Shown: positions 21,117 to 30,058 of the stretch, in pieces | How the letters are laid out: each line of letters begins with the position of its first letter | Position numbering within the stretch: the stretch's first letter is position 1 | Assembly: GCA_965279515.1 (NCBI GenBank) | Contig: CBDIID010000003.1 | Span: 4,160,001 to 4,224,000 of the forward strand | Source of the DNA: Turneriella sp. | GTDB lineage: Bacteria > Spirochaetota > Leptospiria > Turneriellales > Turneriellaceae | Length of the DNA: 64,000 bases | Direction of reading: 5' to 3' | The notes under the pieces: model-generated | The model's database searches: none | What the model was told of the DNA's origin: nothing | The model's input: only the letters and a program-made list of their open reading frames with translations | Program-made: the position numbers and the translations under genes

Positions 21117-22007
21117 TTAGGCGCGGTTCTCGACGAGCGAGCGGCGCATGAAAGCAGTCACAACATAACCCAGCGACACCGTCATGAGAATCAGCGAGAG
21201 AAACTGCGCCTGCGAAACGCCGAATACGTCGCGCGGGTTCAGGCGGATGAATTCGATCGAAAAGCGGAACAGCGCGTGGAGAAAAAGGTAGAGGAAAAAT
21301 TTAGAGCCGAGCGGCCATTTTTTCTTGCGCACCGACCAGAGAAACACGAAGCACAGGAATGAGAACAGGCATTCGAAAAACGGCGTATTGATCGCGGTCG
21401 CCGCGGGATTTCCGCCGGCATGTTTCATCAGCCACTCGGGCCAGCTGGCCGCGCCGTTGGGGAAGGTCATACACAGTGGAGCCGGCAGGTTCCACGTACA
21501 GAGCCCGCCATAACAGCCGTCGCCCGAAAAGATGCAACCCGCACGTCCGAAGACATAACCGAGCGCCAGCATCGGCGTCATGGTATCGATGCCGAACAAA
21601 ATGTTGATTTTGTTTTTCCAGAGAATGAAAATAATCGCCGCGGCCGCGAGAATAAAACCACCATACCAGGTGAGGCCCGCACCCGAGAACAGGTGTGAGA
21701 ACAGCGAGCCCTGCATGAATTCCGGTGTATTGCGGATTTCAATCACGTAGGCGATCTTGGCGCCGATGATGCCGCCGATGACACCCGCGAGCAAAATATA
21801 ATCACCGAGCTGTACCTTGAGGCCCACGCGAGGGAATTCGCGTTCGATTAAGAGAAAAGAACTGTAAAACGCGAGTGCCATCGTGATACCATATGGAGAA
21901 ACCTGCGCCCACGAGACGATCGTGCTTTTGAGCATGCCTTCTTTATAAGTACAAGCGGCGAGGATAAGCGGGGAGAGCCACAAAAGGGGCTTCAGGCGTT
22001 TCAGCAT
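21117..22007 (-). CDS. lgt: Prolipoprotein diacylglyceryl transferase family
   Basis: PYG, GGIIGAKIAYV, GLTWYGG, GRAGC..SGDGCYG and RFSIEFIR match Lgt-family motifs. Start placed at MLKRLK. Confidence 0.85.
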   Translation of the reverse strand: MLKRLKPLLWLSPLILAACTYKEGMLKSTIVSWAQVSPYGITMALAFYSSFLLIEREFPRVGLKVQLGDYILLAGVIGGIIGAKIAYVIEIRNTPEFMQGSLFSHLFSGAGLTWYGGFILAAAAIIFILWKNKINILFGIDTMTPMLALGYVFGRAGCIFSGDGCYGGLCTWNLPAPLCMTFPNGAASWPEWLMKHAGGNPAATAINTPFFECLFSFLCFVFLWSVRKKKWPLGSKFFLYLFLHALFRFSIEFIRLNPRDVFGVSQAQFLSLILMTVSLGYVVTAFMRRSLVENRA

Positions 22008-22096
22008 GAGGCAGACATGTGCCTGAAAACGCGCGGTCAATCTATTGAGGACAAAATCTTCTTTACGTCGAGGCTCCGTCTTTTAGCGCCTGAACT

Positions 22097-22846
22097 ATGT
22101 TTGAACGTATTGGGCGGGGCATTGGTCTGCCGCTGAACAGTTTCGGCTATATTTCGCAAAAAAAACTATGGGGATACACAATTTTCCCCCTCATTGTCAC
22201 CGCGGCTATTGTGGCGCTGCTTTCGATCGTTGTCTGGTATTTCATAATTAGCTATATTACGAGCTGGATGAATGTCGATGCGAGTAACTGGTTTTTTCTG
22301 CTGCGCTGGTTTTATAATCTGTTCCATTTTATTTTCAAGCTGGTGATTTTCTATCTGCTCTTCTCCCTTGTGCTCCGCCTTTACCTGGCGCTGTTTTCGA
22401 TCATTGTGATTCCCTTCCTTTCGCCGCTGGTAGAGAAAATCCTGCAGGCCGAAGGCATTACTACCATGGAGATCAAAGGCTCTGAGATCCCGGGGTACAT
22501 CCTCGCGACGATTTGGTACAGCATCAAGATGCTGATCTGGCAGAGTTTTGTGGCGCTCTTGCTGCTCTTCACCGGGCCCTTACAGCCGTTTCTCAACTTT
22601 GGTTTCAGCAGCTACTTTCTCGGCCGCTCGTATTTTGATACCGTGTTCGATCTTTTGGGCAAGCCCAAGGAATTCAGTGCGATGATCAAAGGTTTTCGTT
22701 CTGAAGCGACGGGGTTGGGCATTTTTTCGACATTGTTCGTTTTTATTCCGGTATTCGGTACTGTTTTTGCCCCGGTACTTTCGATAGTCGCCGCGACCCG
22801 ATTGTTTGCCGAACGGAAGAATTCGCCTGCAGCCAAACTGGTTTGA
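22097..22846 (+). CDS. EI24/CysZ-like membrane protein
   Basis: Hydrophobic profile, IIVIPFLSPLVEKI, FIPVFGTVFAPVLSIVAAT. Confidence 0.75.
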   Translation: MFERIGRGIGLPLNSFGYISQKKLWGYTIFPLIVTAAIVALLSIVVWYFIISYITSWMNVDASNWFFLLRWFYNLFHFIFKLVIFYLLFSLVLRLYLALFSIIVIPFLSPLVEKILQAEGITTMEIKGSEIPGYILATIWYSIKMLIWQSFVALLLLFTGPLQPFLNFGFSSYFLGRSYFDTVFDLLGKPKEFSAMIKGFRSEATGLGIFSTLFVFIPVFGTVFAPVLSIVAATRLFAERKNSPAAKLV

Positions 22847-24336
22847 ATGTAAAACGCACCGGTCTTTTTCTTTTATTGCTATTCGCACCCGGCTTTGCGC
22901 ATGCGAAGCTCTATCTTTTGCTCGATGAGCGGCTGAAAAAGAGCCGTACCGAGCAGACGATCTATAAGTTCGTGCCGCTCACCAACGCATCTGAGGTTGA
23001 ATTACTCTATGTGCAGGGTTTTATGAAAGACCAGAGCGCGGCGGCTTTTGCCACACGCCTCAAGGGTGACGACAGGGGGATGTACATCGGCGCCGATACC
23101 TGGCCCGACGACAAATATATCGACGAACTCACGCAGAGCCGCGCCTGGCCCGAGACGCTGGGCAAGATTTCGTTTCTGATCGAAAGTAATGCGCCCGAAT
23201 ACGCACGTCTGCCGAAAGGCCTTTATGCGCGGCGCGAACTCTGGAAAAAATACGCAGAACTCATCCATACCAAATATGCGGGTTTTTTCAGCACGCACTA
23301 TCTCGATACGAACCAGAACGAACTGCAAAATTCAGACTGGAAAAGTTTCACCTGCATCCACGAATCGGGGCGCGAGCTGAAACCGGGTAAAAATTCGCCT
23401 CTCAGTATTTCACAAAATCGTTTTCAAATAAGTTTTCGCCAGGCAAAGCAGCTCGATTTCGTCGGGGCTCTTGTCTGCATCAATGTGCCGAAGGCAGATG
23501 CGATGTTCGAAGTCCATACCGCCAAGACCGACGTTGTTATCGAAGCCGATTCGGGGCGTTTTTCGCTGTGGAATGAGGCGCAGCCGCTTAAAATTCGTAT
23601 CCGCTCGGCGCGGCAGATCACTGCGCCCCTGGCTCTCGAGATCAGACCCGAAATCAACCAGTCGCAGACCGAATTCTTTTTCCAGGGTGAGCGCATCACC
23701 TGCACTTCGAACCGCTGCCGCCGCAAAGACGCGCGCTTTCTCTTGCCGCAGTTCCGGGATTTCAATGAGAACTTTGAATTTGCGATTCGTGCGTCGGGCG
23801 ACAGTTATTTCCGCGGCACATTGCGCCTCATGGCGGGCGAGATCGAAATCGCGCGCACGGAATTTCGGTTCACGCCGCAGAGTTGGGTGGCAGAGACTTC
23901 GTATGCGCTGAAGAACCCTTCCGAGTATCAATCCGCCTTTCTGATTATTCTCATCTTATGCGCGGCCGCCGTCGGGCTGGCCATACTTGCCTGGCTGGGC
24001 CTCAAAAACCTCGCCGCCACGCTGGCGGAGAAAAACGCCCGGCAAATTCCCCGGCAATCGAGCGCCAGCGTTACCATTGAGCGTGATGTGGCCTACCGCA
24101 TGACGGCGGGGGAGAACCCGTTTGGCTGTGAACTCTATGCGTTTGGCGGTATTGTTACTCTTTCTGTCGAAGGCGATGAGGTTACGGTAAGGCATGGTGG
24201 TGCTGTTGAACAGAGGCTGCCTCTGGATAATTTCCGCTATGATTTGCCCGACGGCTATCGTCTCGAAATCAAGATTTTGCCTGATAACGCTTTGCTGCTG
24301 ACGGCGTATTTGCTGGAACTCGCTGTGGTGCGCTAA
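22843..24336 (+). CDS. Hypothetical exported protein with a late TM helix
   Basis: Signal peptide (AHA cleavage site), TM near residues 365-390, coupled to the upstream gene. Confidence 0.7.
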   Translation: MNVKRTGLFLLLLFAPGFAHAKLYLLLDERLKKSRTEQTIYKFVPLTNASEVELLYVQGFMKDQSAAAFATRLKGDDRGMYIGADTWPDDKYIDELTQSRAWPETLGKISFLIESNAPEYARLPKGLYARRELWKKYAELIHTKYAGFFSTHYLDTNQNELQNSDWKSFTCIHESGRELKPGKNSPLSISQNRFQISFRQAKQLDFVGALVCINVPKADAMFEVHTAKTDVVIEADSGRFSLWNEAQPLKIRIRSARQITAPLALEIRPEINQSQTEFFFQGERITCTSNRCRRKDARFLLPQFRDFNENFEFAIRASGDSYFRGTLRLMAGEIEIARTEFRFTPQSWVAETSYALKNPSEYQSAFLIILILCAAAVGLAILAWLGLKNLAATLAEKNARQIPRQSSASVTIERDVAYRMTAGENPFGCELYAFGGIVTLSVEGDEVTVRHGGAVEQRLPLDNFRYDLPDGYRLEIKILPDNALLLTAYLLELAVVR

Positions 24337-24340
24337 ACCA

Positions 24341-25420
24341 TTACTTAAACGGATTTGTCACCGACAGCGAGGAAACTTTGACGAAGTCAACGTCGGTTTT
24401 TGCCGAGCGGCTGACTTTTTTCAGGCAGCGGAACGCTGTGTCGTCTGCCGCGTCGACGGCCATCACGCGTGAAACATTTTCACCGGAACGCGCGGCGAAA
24501 CTTTCGAGCGTCGAGCAGAAGTTATTCTTTTTATCGGGCATCACCTGCGCACGGAACGTGCGGAAATTCATGATGCGCCCGGTCTCATAAAAGGAAGAAG
24601 TGACGTGGTGGTCGGCGTCTAAAAGCACGAGATCCTTGCCGTCGTTTTTGTCGCGCAGTGCCGCGAAGAGTGCGCGCAGCGCAGGCACGTTTTTGCAAAA
24701 GCGCGAACAGTAGAGCGGGCTGGCGCCGGCAATGCCGTCGTCGTCGTCCAGTACACTCAGGTACTCGGCGAGTTTTTCAGAATCGAGTGCTTCATTGATT
24801 GTCAGCAAATTGCCGTCGGCAATGTCGGTATTCTCATCTTCGAGCGGAATCGCCAGCCAGACTTCATCGCCATACGATGAAACCTGCTGCATGAGTTCTT
24901 TCGAATCGCCGCGGCCGAGTGTGACGCCGAAGGTCAGCGGCACACCGAGCGTGCGCCACTTGACGAGATCCGCACTGGCGCGCACATTTTGCACATAGAG
25001 CGCGACCTGTTTGCCCTGCACCGGGTTTTTCGGCCACAGGTCGAAAGCGTTGCGTACAAAGAGTTTAAAATAAACCGTGTCGTTGCCGTATTTGGTTTTG
25101 TAGAGATACATGCCATTCTGCGGCCGTAATTTGTAGGTCTCTCTCTTGACGCTGAAGAAGTTCTTCAGCAGTATGTCGACAAATTTCGCGCGCTGGCCGG
25201 CTGTGTAACTGCCATTGCAGGCGACAGAGGCGAGGGGATACCCTTTCTTTTTGATGAGGATGGTTTCACAGGCATCTTCTGCCCACAGCGCTTCGAGCTC
25301 TTTGGTCGTCTCGGCGAGGGCTTCAGGCAGAGTCGACTGAAGAGCAGGGCGTGCCTTGCCCGGTGATACCGCAGCCAGCAGTACGAAGGCGAATAACAGT
25401 GTCTTACTTAGTAAGCTCAT
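24341..25420 (-). CDS. Exported protein with degenerate divergent polysaccharide deacetylase (YibQ-like) domain
   Basis: VALYVQNV...LGVPLTFGV...GDEVWLAIPLE follows the YibQ pattern with catalytic residues replaced. Confidence 0.6.
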   Translation of the reverse strand: MSLLSKTLLFAFVLLAAVSPGKARPALQSTLPEALAETTKELEALWAEDACETILIKKKGYPLASVACNGSYTAGQRAKFVDILLKNFFSVKRETYKLRPQNGMYLYKTKYGNDTVYFKLFVRNAFDLWPKNPVQGKQVALYVQNVRASADLVKWRTLGVPLTFGVTLGRGDSKELMQQVSSYGDEVWLAIPLEDENTDIADGNLLTINEALDSEKLAEYLSVLDDDDGIAGASPLYCSRFCKNVPALRALFAALRDKNDGKDLVLLDADHHVTSSFYETGRIMNFRTFRAQVMPDKKNNFCSTLESFAARSGENVSRVMAVDAADDTAFRCLKKVSRSAKTDVDFVKVSSLSVTNPFK

Positions 25421-26111
25421 TGGGTAAAATAAAGTTATCGTCGTACATTGTCGGCCCCGTCGGCTGTTGCTCTGGTTGCGGTGTGCTTGTCTTCATCAGT
25501 GCTTCGGGAGGCATGACCGGCAAATTTCCCGGAATGTTCACAAAATAGAGTTTCGCGAGTTCGTCCACCAAATTGACTTTCATTTTTTTGCCTGTGGTAG
25601 CGTCGCCGCGGTCGGCTTCGAGAACCAGGGAGTAGAAGGCGTTTTCGCAGTGCGTGCGGTATTTGTCTTCCTGGTCGCGGGGGATAAGGCATGAGACGAC
25701 AACAGGCCCCAGGTCAGAAATCACGATGGCAGTTTCTTCCCGGTAAAGTTTTCCCCGCGAGCGGACCTCCCACACGGAGAGATGCAGGTTCTCTTTGAAT
25801 TTCGAGTCTTTTTCTTCGATTAGGCGCACGAGCGGGTATTCGGAAGAAAGCCGCGCGGCCTTCTGGTTGACGATCTGCGGTATCGTCAGCTTCTCTTTGC
25901 CGGCAAAACTGCGCACTTCGATACGGGCATTGCCCTTGCGGAACTGGGCGATGACGCCGTTACGTTTCACCGATTCCCAAGTGCGCCAGGTTTCAGGCAC
26001 ATCGAGGGTAAAGGGCGACTCGCCCGATTTGGACTCCCACTGGTAGGGTATAGCATGGCCCGCCCCTGAAATCAGGGCATAAAACAAGGCTATGCGTGGA
26101 AAGAAACGCAT
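25404..26111 (-). CDS. Hypothetical exported protein
   Basis: Signal peptide (GHA), FTLDVPETW; overlaps the downstream gene. Confidence 0.7.
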   Translation of the reverse strand: MRFFPRIALFYALISGAGHAIPYQWESKSGESPFTLDVPETWRTWESVKRNGVIAQFRKGNARIEVRSFAGKEKLTIPQIVNQKAARLSSEYPLVRLIEEKDSKFKENLHLSVWEVRSRGKLYREETAIVISDLGPVVVSCLIPRDQEDKYRTHCENAFYSLVLEADRGDATTGKKMKVNLVDELAKLYFVNIPGNLPVMPPEALMKTSTPQPEQQPTGPTMYDDNFILPNELTK

Positions 26112-26204
26112 CTCTGTTAATTCTCGGCGTTTTTGGAGGGGGAACGATAGGAAAATAGTCCTGAATAGGATTGACGATGCCGGGGAGGGGGCAGCCGCTT
26201 GACT

Positions 26205-27089
26205 ATGGCCAAATACCCATCAAAGATAATCGCCTTGTGTGTTATTCATATCATAGCTTTATTCTTTACGGGGTGCAAAAATGAGAGCGGGAATTCTGCC
26301 CAGACCAGCGGATCCTTGACGATGACAATCGACGGCGTTGCCGCTACATATACTACGGATCGGCTTTACTGTTCTCAGTCCGCTGGGCTTTCCTGCAGAT
26401 TTTTTCCAGTAGGGACAGCCTCATTCCCCCAAATACGGTTCTCCTTTAATCGTACTCTTACGGCAGGCAGTGCTTTCACGACTGCACCTTCGACGGAGTT
26501 TCTGGGTGATCTGATCACCTATTATGAGAATGAGTGCCAGTACGACGCCGGCGGGGCTTACTACAGCTACAACACCAGTGGCGGCTCTATGCAAGTCGCT
26601 GTCACGCAGCAGACGAGCGATTTATATGGTACCGACATCAAGCTCAATTTTTCTGGAACTGTCAACAAAGGAACGCCAGCTTATGCCCGATCCATTACTT
26701 CAGGGACTGCGAATTTACATCTCTGCACCCATGACGATTGCAATCCTCCCATAGTCACACCAGCGAGTTTCATTTATCGCCCAGACACAATGAACCGGAA
26801 TCAGTTATATAACGGCGTAACGATCGGGCAAAAAGAAAGTAAATGCTATTATTTTACGCCACCGAGCTCGCAAACGTATTCGCTGCAATTCAGTTCACCT
26901 GTCACCGTCACCTCTATGAACGTTAATTATGGCTATCGGACTTCTTCAGGTTTTAGCGGCGGTTTCTGTGGTACCGCTGCCAATGGCTCATGCAATCTTG
27001 TCATTCCTAACGCAAACGTGCGGACAGCCATCGAAATCACCGCTGGCAACAATCTCGCCGGTTCGTTTTCCATGCAGCTTACGCCCTAG
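26205..27089 (+). CDS. Ser/Thr/Cys-rich lipoprotein of unknown function
   Basis: Lipobox FTGC after a hydrophobic stretch; beta-rich composition. Confidence 0.75.
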   Translation: MAKYPSKIIALCVIHIIALFFTGCKNESGNSAQTSGSLTMTIDGVAATYTTDRLYCSQSAGLSCRFFPVGTASFPQIRFSFNRTLTAGSAFTTAPSTEFLGDLITYYENECQYDAGGAYYSYNTSGGSMQVAVTQQTSDLYGTDIKLNFSGTVNKGTPAYARSITSGTANLHLCTHDDCNPPIVTPASFIYRPDTMNRNQLYNGVTIGQKESKCYYFTPPSSQTYSLQFSSPVTVTSMNVNYGYRTSSGFSGGFCGTAANGSCNLVIPNANVRTAIEITAGNNLAGSFSMQLTP

Positions 27090-27373
27090 CGTAAATTCTT
27101 CAGATCGTGCTCAGTCCGCTCGATCTGCTGTTCGATCGTCGGCGTATGCGAACCGGGAATGCAGTTTTGCGGCGGCGTGTTCTTTCGTCGTGCGTCGAGG
27201 TTTTCATAGAGTTCAAACCAGTCGACCTGTTTGTCTTCGTCGAGATATTTGACATTCGAAAGATGCATCTTGCGCGTCGCATAACCGAGGTCTTCGTCGC
27301 AGGGGTCTACGCTGAGTTTGGGTTTGGCGCAGGCGATGAGGGTGAAAGAAACCAGGATGAGGGATATCCGCAT
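27086..27373 (-). CDS. Small lipoprotein
   Basis: Signal MRISLILVSFTLIAC with lipobox; two further cysteines. Confidence 0.65.
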   Translation of the reverse strand: MRISLILVSFTLIACAKPKLSVDPCDEDLGYATRKMHLSNVKYLDEDKQVDWFELYENLDARRKNTPPQNCIPGSHTPTIEQQIERTEHDLKNLR

Positions 27374-27414
27374 TTCAGTTTAGTATCGGCCGTCTATGGC
27401 CCTTAAGTTAAGAT

Positions 27415-27432
27415 CGGGGGCCGAAGCCCCCG
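27415..27432 (-). terminator. GC hairpin after the FecR gene (terminator-like)
   Basis: On the minus strand CGGGGGC-TTCG-GCCCCCG, 7 nt after the stop codon at 27440; weak U tract. Confidence 0.5.
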
Positions 27433-27439
27433 GCCAGGA

Positions 27440-28102
27440 TCAGTCGTAGTTGTTCTTCAGCAGGTCTTTATAAGCACCCTTGAGGCTGCTCTTGTCTTCG
27501 ACCTCGCCTTTCGACGCATCCATGTTCCAGTTCAGCTTCTTGGTCCATGAATATGCTTTGGGTTTTGGAATCTGTTTGTCGGTGGGGATAATAATACCTT
27601 CGCCGGCATTGACATCGACATTGCTCTGTGTGCCCGAGTCCACGACATTGACCTTGCCTTCGTTCACGCACAGCCACATGTCGGCCTTGGCTTTCTTTTT
27701 GTCGCCGTAGGCAAAATAAAACTCGGTGCCGCGCACCGCCGCAACCATCGTCTGCGCGCGGATCTGGAATGTCTGCCCAGCCTGGCGGCGATCGACTTTC
27801 GAGAACACGGAACCTGCACCCACGTCAATCGAGGTGGCGTTGCCCACAGCGCTCAGTGTGATCTGTGAATCAGATTTGAGCTTGAGGACTGCGCCGGATT
27901 TCAGGCTGATGATGACCGTGCCTTTCGGGCCGGTCTTGATTTTATCGGCTTCGTTGACGATCGTGCCGAGCTGGGCCTTTTGCCAGCCTTTGCCGCCGTC
28001 GACGCTGACGTCGCCCGAGACGAAGGTCAGTTTGCCGGCATCGGCTGCCAGCCCGCCTGTCATTAATGCAGCTGCGATCAGCATTATTTTTTGTATTTTC
28101 AT
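27440..28102 (-). CDS. Exported FecR-domain protein
   Basis: Signal peptide MKIQKIMLIAAALMTGGLAA, LTFVSGDV, DKIKTG, VAAVRGTEF, VNEGKVNV. Confidence 0.88.
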   Translation of the reverse strand: MKIQKIMLIAAALMTGGLAADAGKLTFVSGDVSVDGGKGWQKAQLGTIVNEADKIKTGPKGTVIISLKSGAVLKLKSDSQITLSAVGNATSIDVGAGSVFSKVDRRQAGQTFQIRAQTMVAAVRGTEFYFAYGDKKKAKADMWLCVNEGKVNVVDSGTQSNVDVNAGEGIIIPTDKQIPKPKAYSWTKKLNWNMDASKGEVEDKSSLKGAYKDLLKNNYD

Positions 28103-28289
28103 TGATGCTCCTGGGATACCTAATGTATCCGGAAACGGCAGGTGCCGTGTCCTTATGTTGTTATGGCACAATCGCGGCCCCCGCATCCGGCAGGCAACCA
28201 CAATTTCTCAGTACATGCCTTTAAAGCTGAACCCTGCGTCGGGCCGTGAAAATCTGTTTACGGTGTGAAATCAATCTAAAGAGGAAAAA

Positions 28290-28790
28290 ATGCGCAGAAT
28301 CTCATTCGCGGGCAAAGCACCGATCCTGCTTGTTTTTCTGCCCCTGTTGTATTGCTCGAGCCGCTTCGTGAAGAAAGAAGAGGTGCTGCGTATCAGCAAA
28401 GACTACGATAAAGTTTATTCGCTCAAAGAGCGCATGGAAGTCGGTAATTTCGACAGCCTGAACAAGGGTGCCAAAGTAAAAATTTACTTCAAAACAACGG
28501 GTGATTACATTTCCATCTACGCCTACCCGCATTCGCAGGCGCGCGAAGAGGCGGTGGGCAAGAATGTGCTGCAGCTCTTCGATACCGATTTTCCGGATAA
28601 AAAATTCAGCGAAGAAGTTTTTCGCCAGAAACTCGCGCTGGCATTCGAGGAGTATAAAGGCAAGCTGGATAAAATACCTGTCGATCAGGGTTTCGGCTCA
28701 GATCTCAATAAAGGCAAAATGCCGCTTGCAGATGGCAGCAAACCTTCCCGTGGCGGCGGCGGTGGTCGCCGCGGCAAGCGCGGCAGATAA
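28290..28790 (+). CDS. Spirochaetal lipoprotein (resembles the Leptospira T2SS-associated lipoprotein family) with a Gly/Arg-rich tail
   Basis: LLYC lipobox variant. The family resemblance is from recall only and was not verified. Confidence 0.6.
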   Translation: MRRISFAGKAPILLVFLPLLYCSSRFVKKEEVLRISKDYDKVYSLKERMEVGNFDSLNKGAKVKIYFKTTGDYISIYAYPHSQAREEAVGKNVLQLFDTDFPDKKFSEEVFRQKLALAFEEYKGKLDKIPVDQGFGSDLNKGKMPLADGSKPSRGGGGGRRGKRGR

Positions 28791-28793
28791 AAC

Positions 28794-30056
28794 ATGCGCA
28801 TCGGAATTTTTGGTTTAGGCACCGTCGGCCAGGGCCTGGTTGAAATTATCCGCCAGAAAGAGAGCGGCATAACCATTGCTGCGGTCGTCGACCGCAGCTT
28901 TGCGAAAAAGCAACAGGTTCTGCAGGACATCCCCGCTTCTGCTGACCGCAACCTGATTCTCAAAGACCCCTCGATCGACACGGTAGTCGAACTCATGGGC
29001 GGCATCGACGATGCTCTCTATGTCGTGCGCTCGGCTCTCGAGCACGGCAAGAACGTTGTCACGGCCAATAAGGCGCTGCTCGCGGAGCACGGTTACGCAC
29101 TTTTCCAGTTCGCCGAAGAGAAAGGTAAATTTATCTGCTTCGAGGCCGCGGTCGCAGGTGCGATTCCGATTATCCGCAACATCGAAACTATTTTCCGCAA
29201 TGAGCGGATTACCCGCCTCATGGGAATTATCAACGGCACTACAAATTACATTCTCACGCGTATGCGCAAAGACGGCATGTCTTATGGCGATGTGCTCGAG
29301 GTCGCGCAGAAACAAGGGCTTGCGGAAGCCGACCCGACGCTCGACGTGGGCGGCTACGATGCGCAGCAGAAGCTGGCGCTGCTGTTGTCGCTCATTACCG
29401 GTAAATGGGTAGAAGCAAAAAATATTCCGGTGCGCGGCATTTCAGAACTCTCCAGCCAGGATGTCGTCTGGGCCGAGAGGTTTCATAACCGTATTCGCCT
29501 TGTCGCCGATTACACCTTCCTTAACGGCAACCATTACATGCATGTGACGCCGGCTCTCGTCAATGAACAGAATGTGCTCTACGACATTGAGTATGAAAAC
29601 AACGCGATTCTTTTCCATGGCGAATATTCGGGTGAGCACCTTTTCATGGGCAAGGGCGCCGGAAAGTTCCCGACGGCCTTTTCCGTCTATTCCGACCTTA
29701 TGCACCTGAAATCAGGCAATGCGCGCTGGCCGTCGGGTACGCGAAGCGGGCAGTATTCACAGGGGCAGGGCTATCTCGCTATCGGCGACATTGCCGACAC
29801 AAGCTCTGCGTTTTACCTGCGCCTGCGCGTTAAAGACCAGCCGGGTGTGCTTGCCGCGATTGCGCAGATTCTGGGTAACAACGCCTTGTCGATTGCCTCA
29901 GTGCACCAGGACCATTCGGCGGTGGCGGCGGGCGAGGTCGATATTGTTATCCACACGCATGCCGCGAAGCGCAGCAGTTTCTATAAAGGCCTGAGGGAAA
30001 TCCAGAATCTGAAGAGTATTGTTCTCCACCAGATTTATTTGCCCGTGCTCGCCTGA
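28794..30056 (+). CDS. hom: Homoserine dehydrogenase with C-terminal ACT domain
   Basis: GLGTVG, VVTANKA, FEAAVAGAIP, INGTTNYIL, AEADPTLDV, DQPGVLA. Confidence 0.96.
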   Translation: MRIGIFGLGTVGQGLVEIIRQKESGITIAAVVDRSFAKKQQVLQDIPASADRNLILKDPSIDTVVELMGGIDDALYVVRSALEHGKNVVTANKALLAEHGYALFQFAEEKGKFICFEAAVAGAIPIIRNIETIFRNERITRLMGIINGTTNYILTRMRKDGMSYGDVLEVAQKQGLAEADPTLDVGGYDAQQKLALLLSLITGKWVEAKNIPVRGISELSSQDVVWAERFHNRIRLVADYTFLNGNHYMHVTPALVNEQNVLYDIEYENNAILFHGEYSGEHLFMGKGAGKFPTAFSVYSDLMHLKSGNARWPSGTRSGQYSQGQGYLAIGDIADTSSAFYLRLRVKDQPGVLAAIAQILGNNALSIASVHQDHSAVAAGEVDIVIHTHAAKRSSFYKGLREIQNLKSIVLHQIYLPVLA

Positions 30057-30058
30057 GT

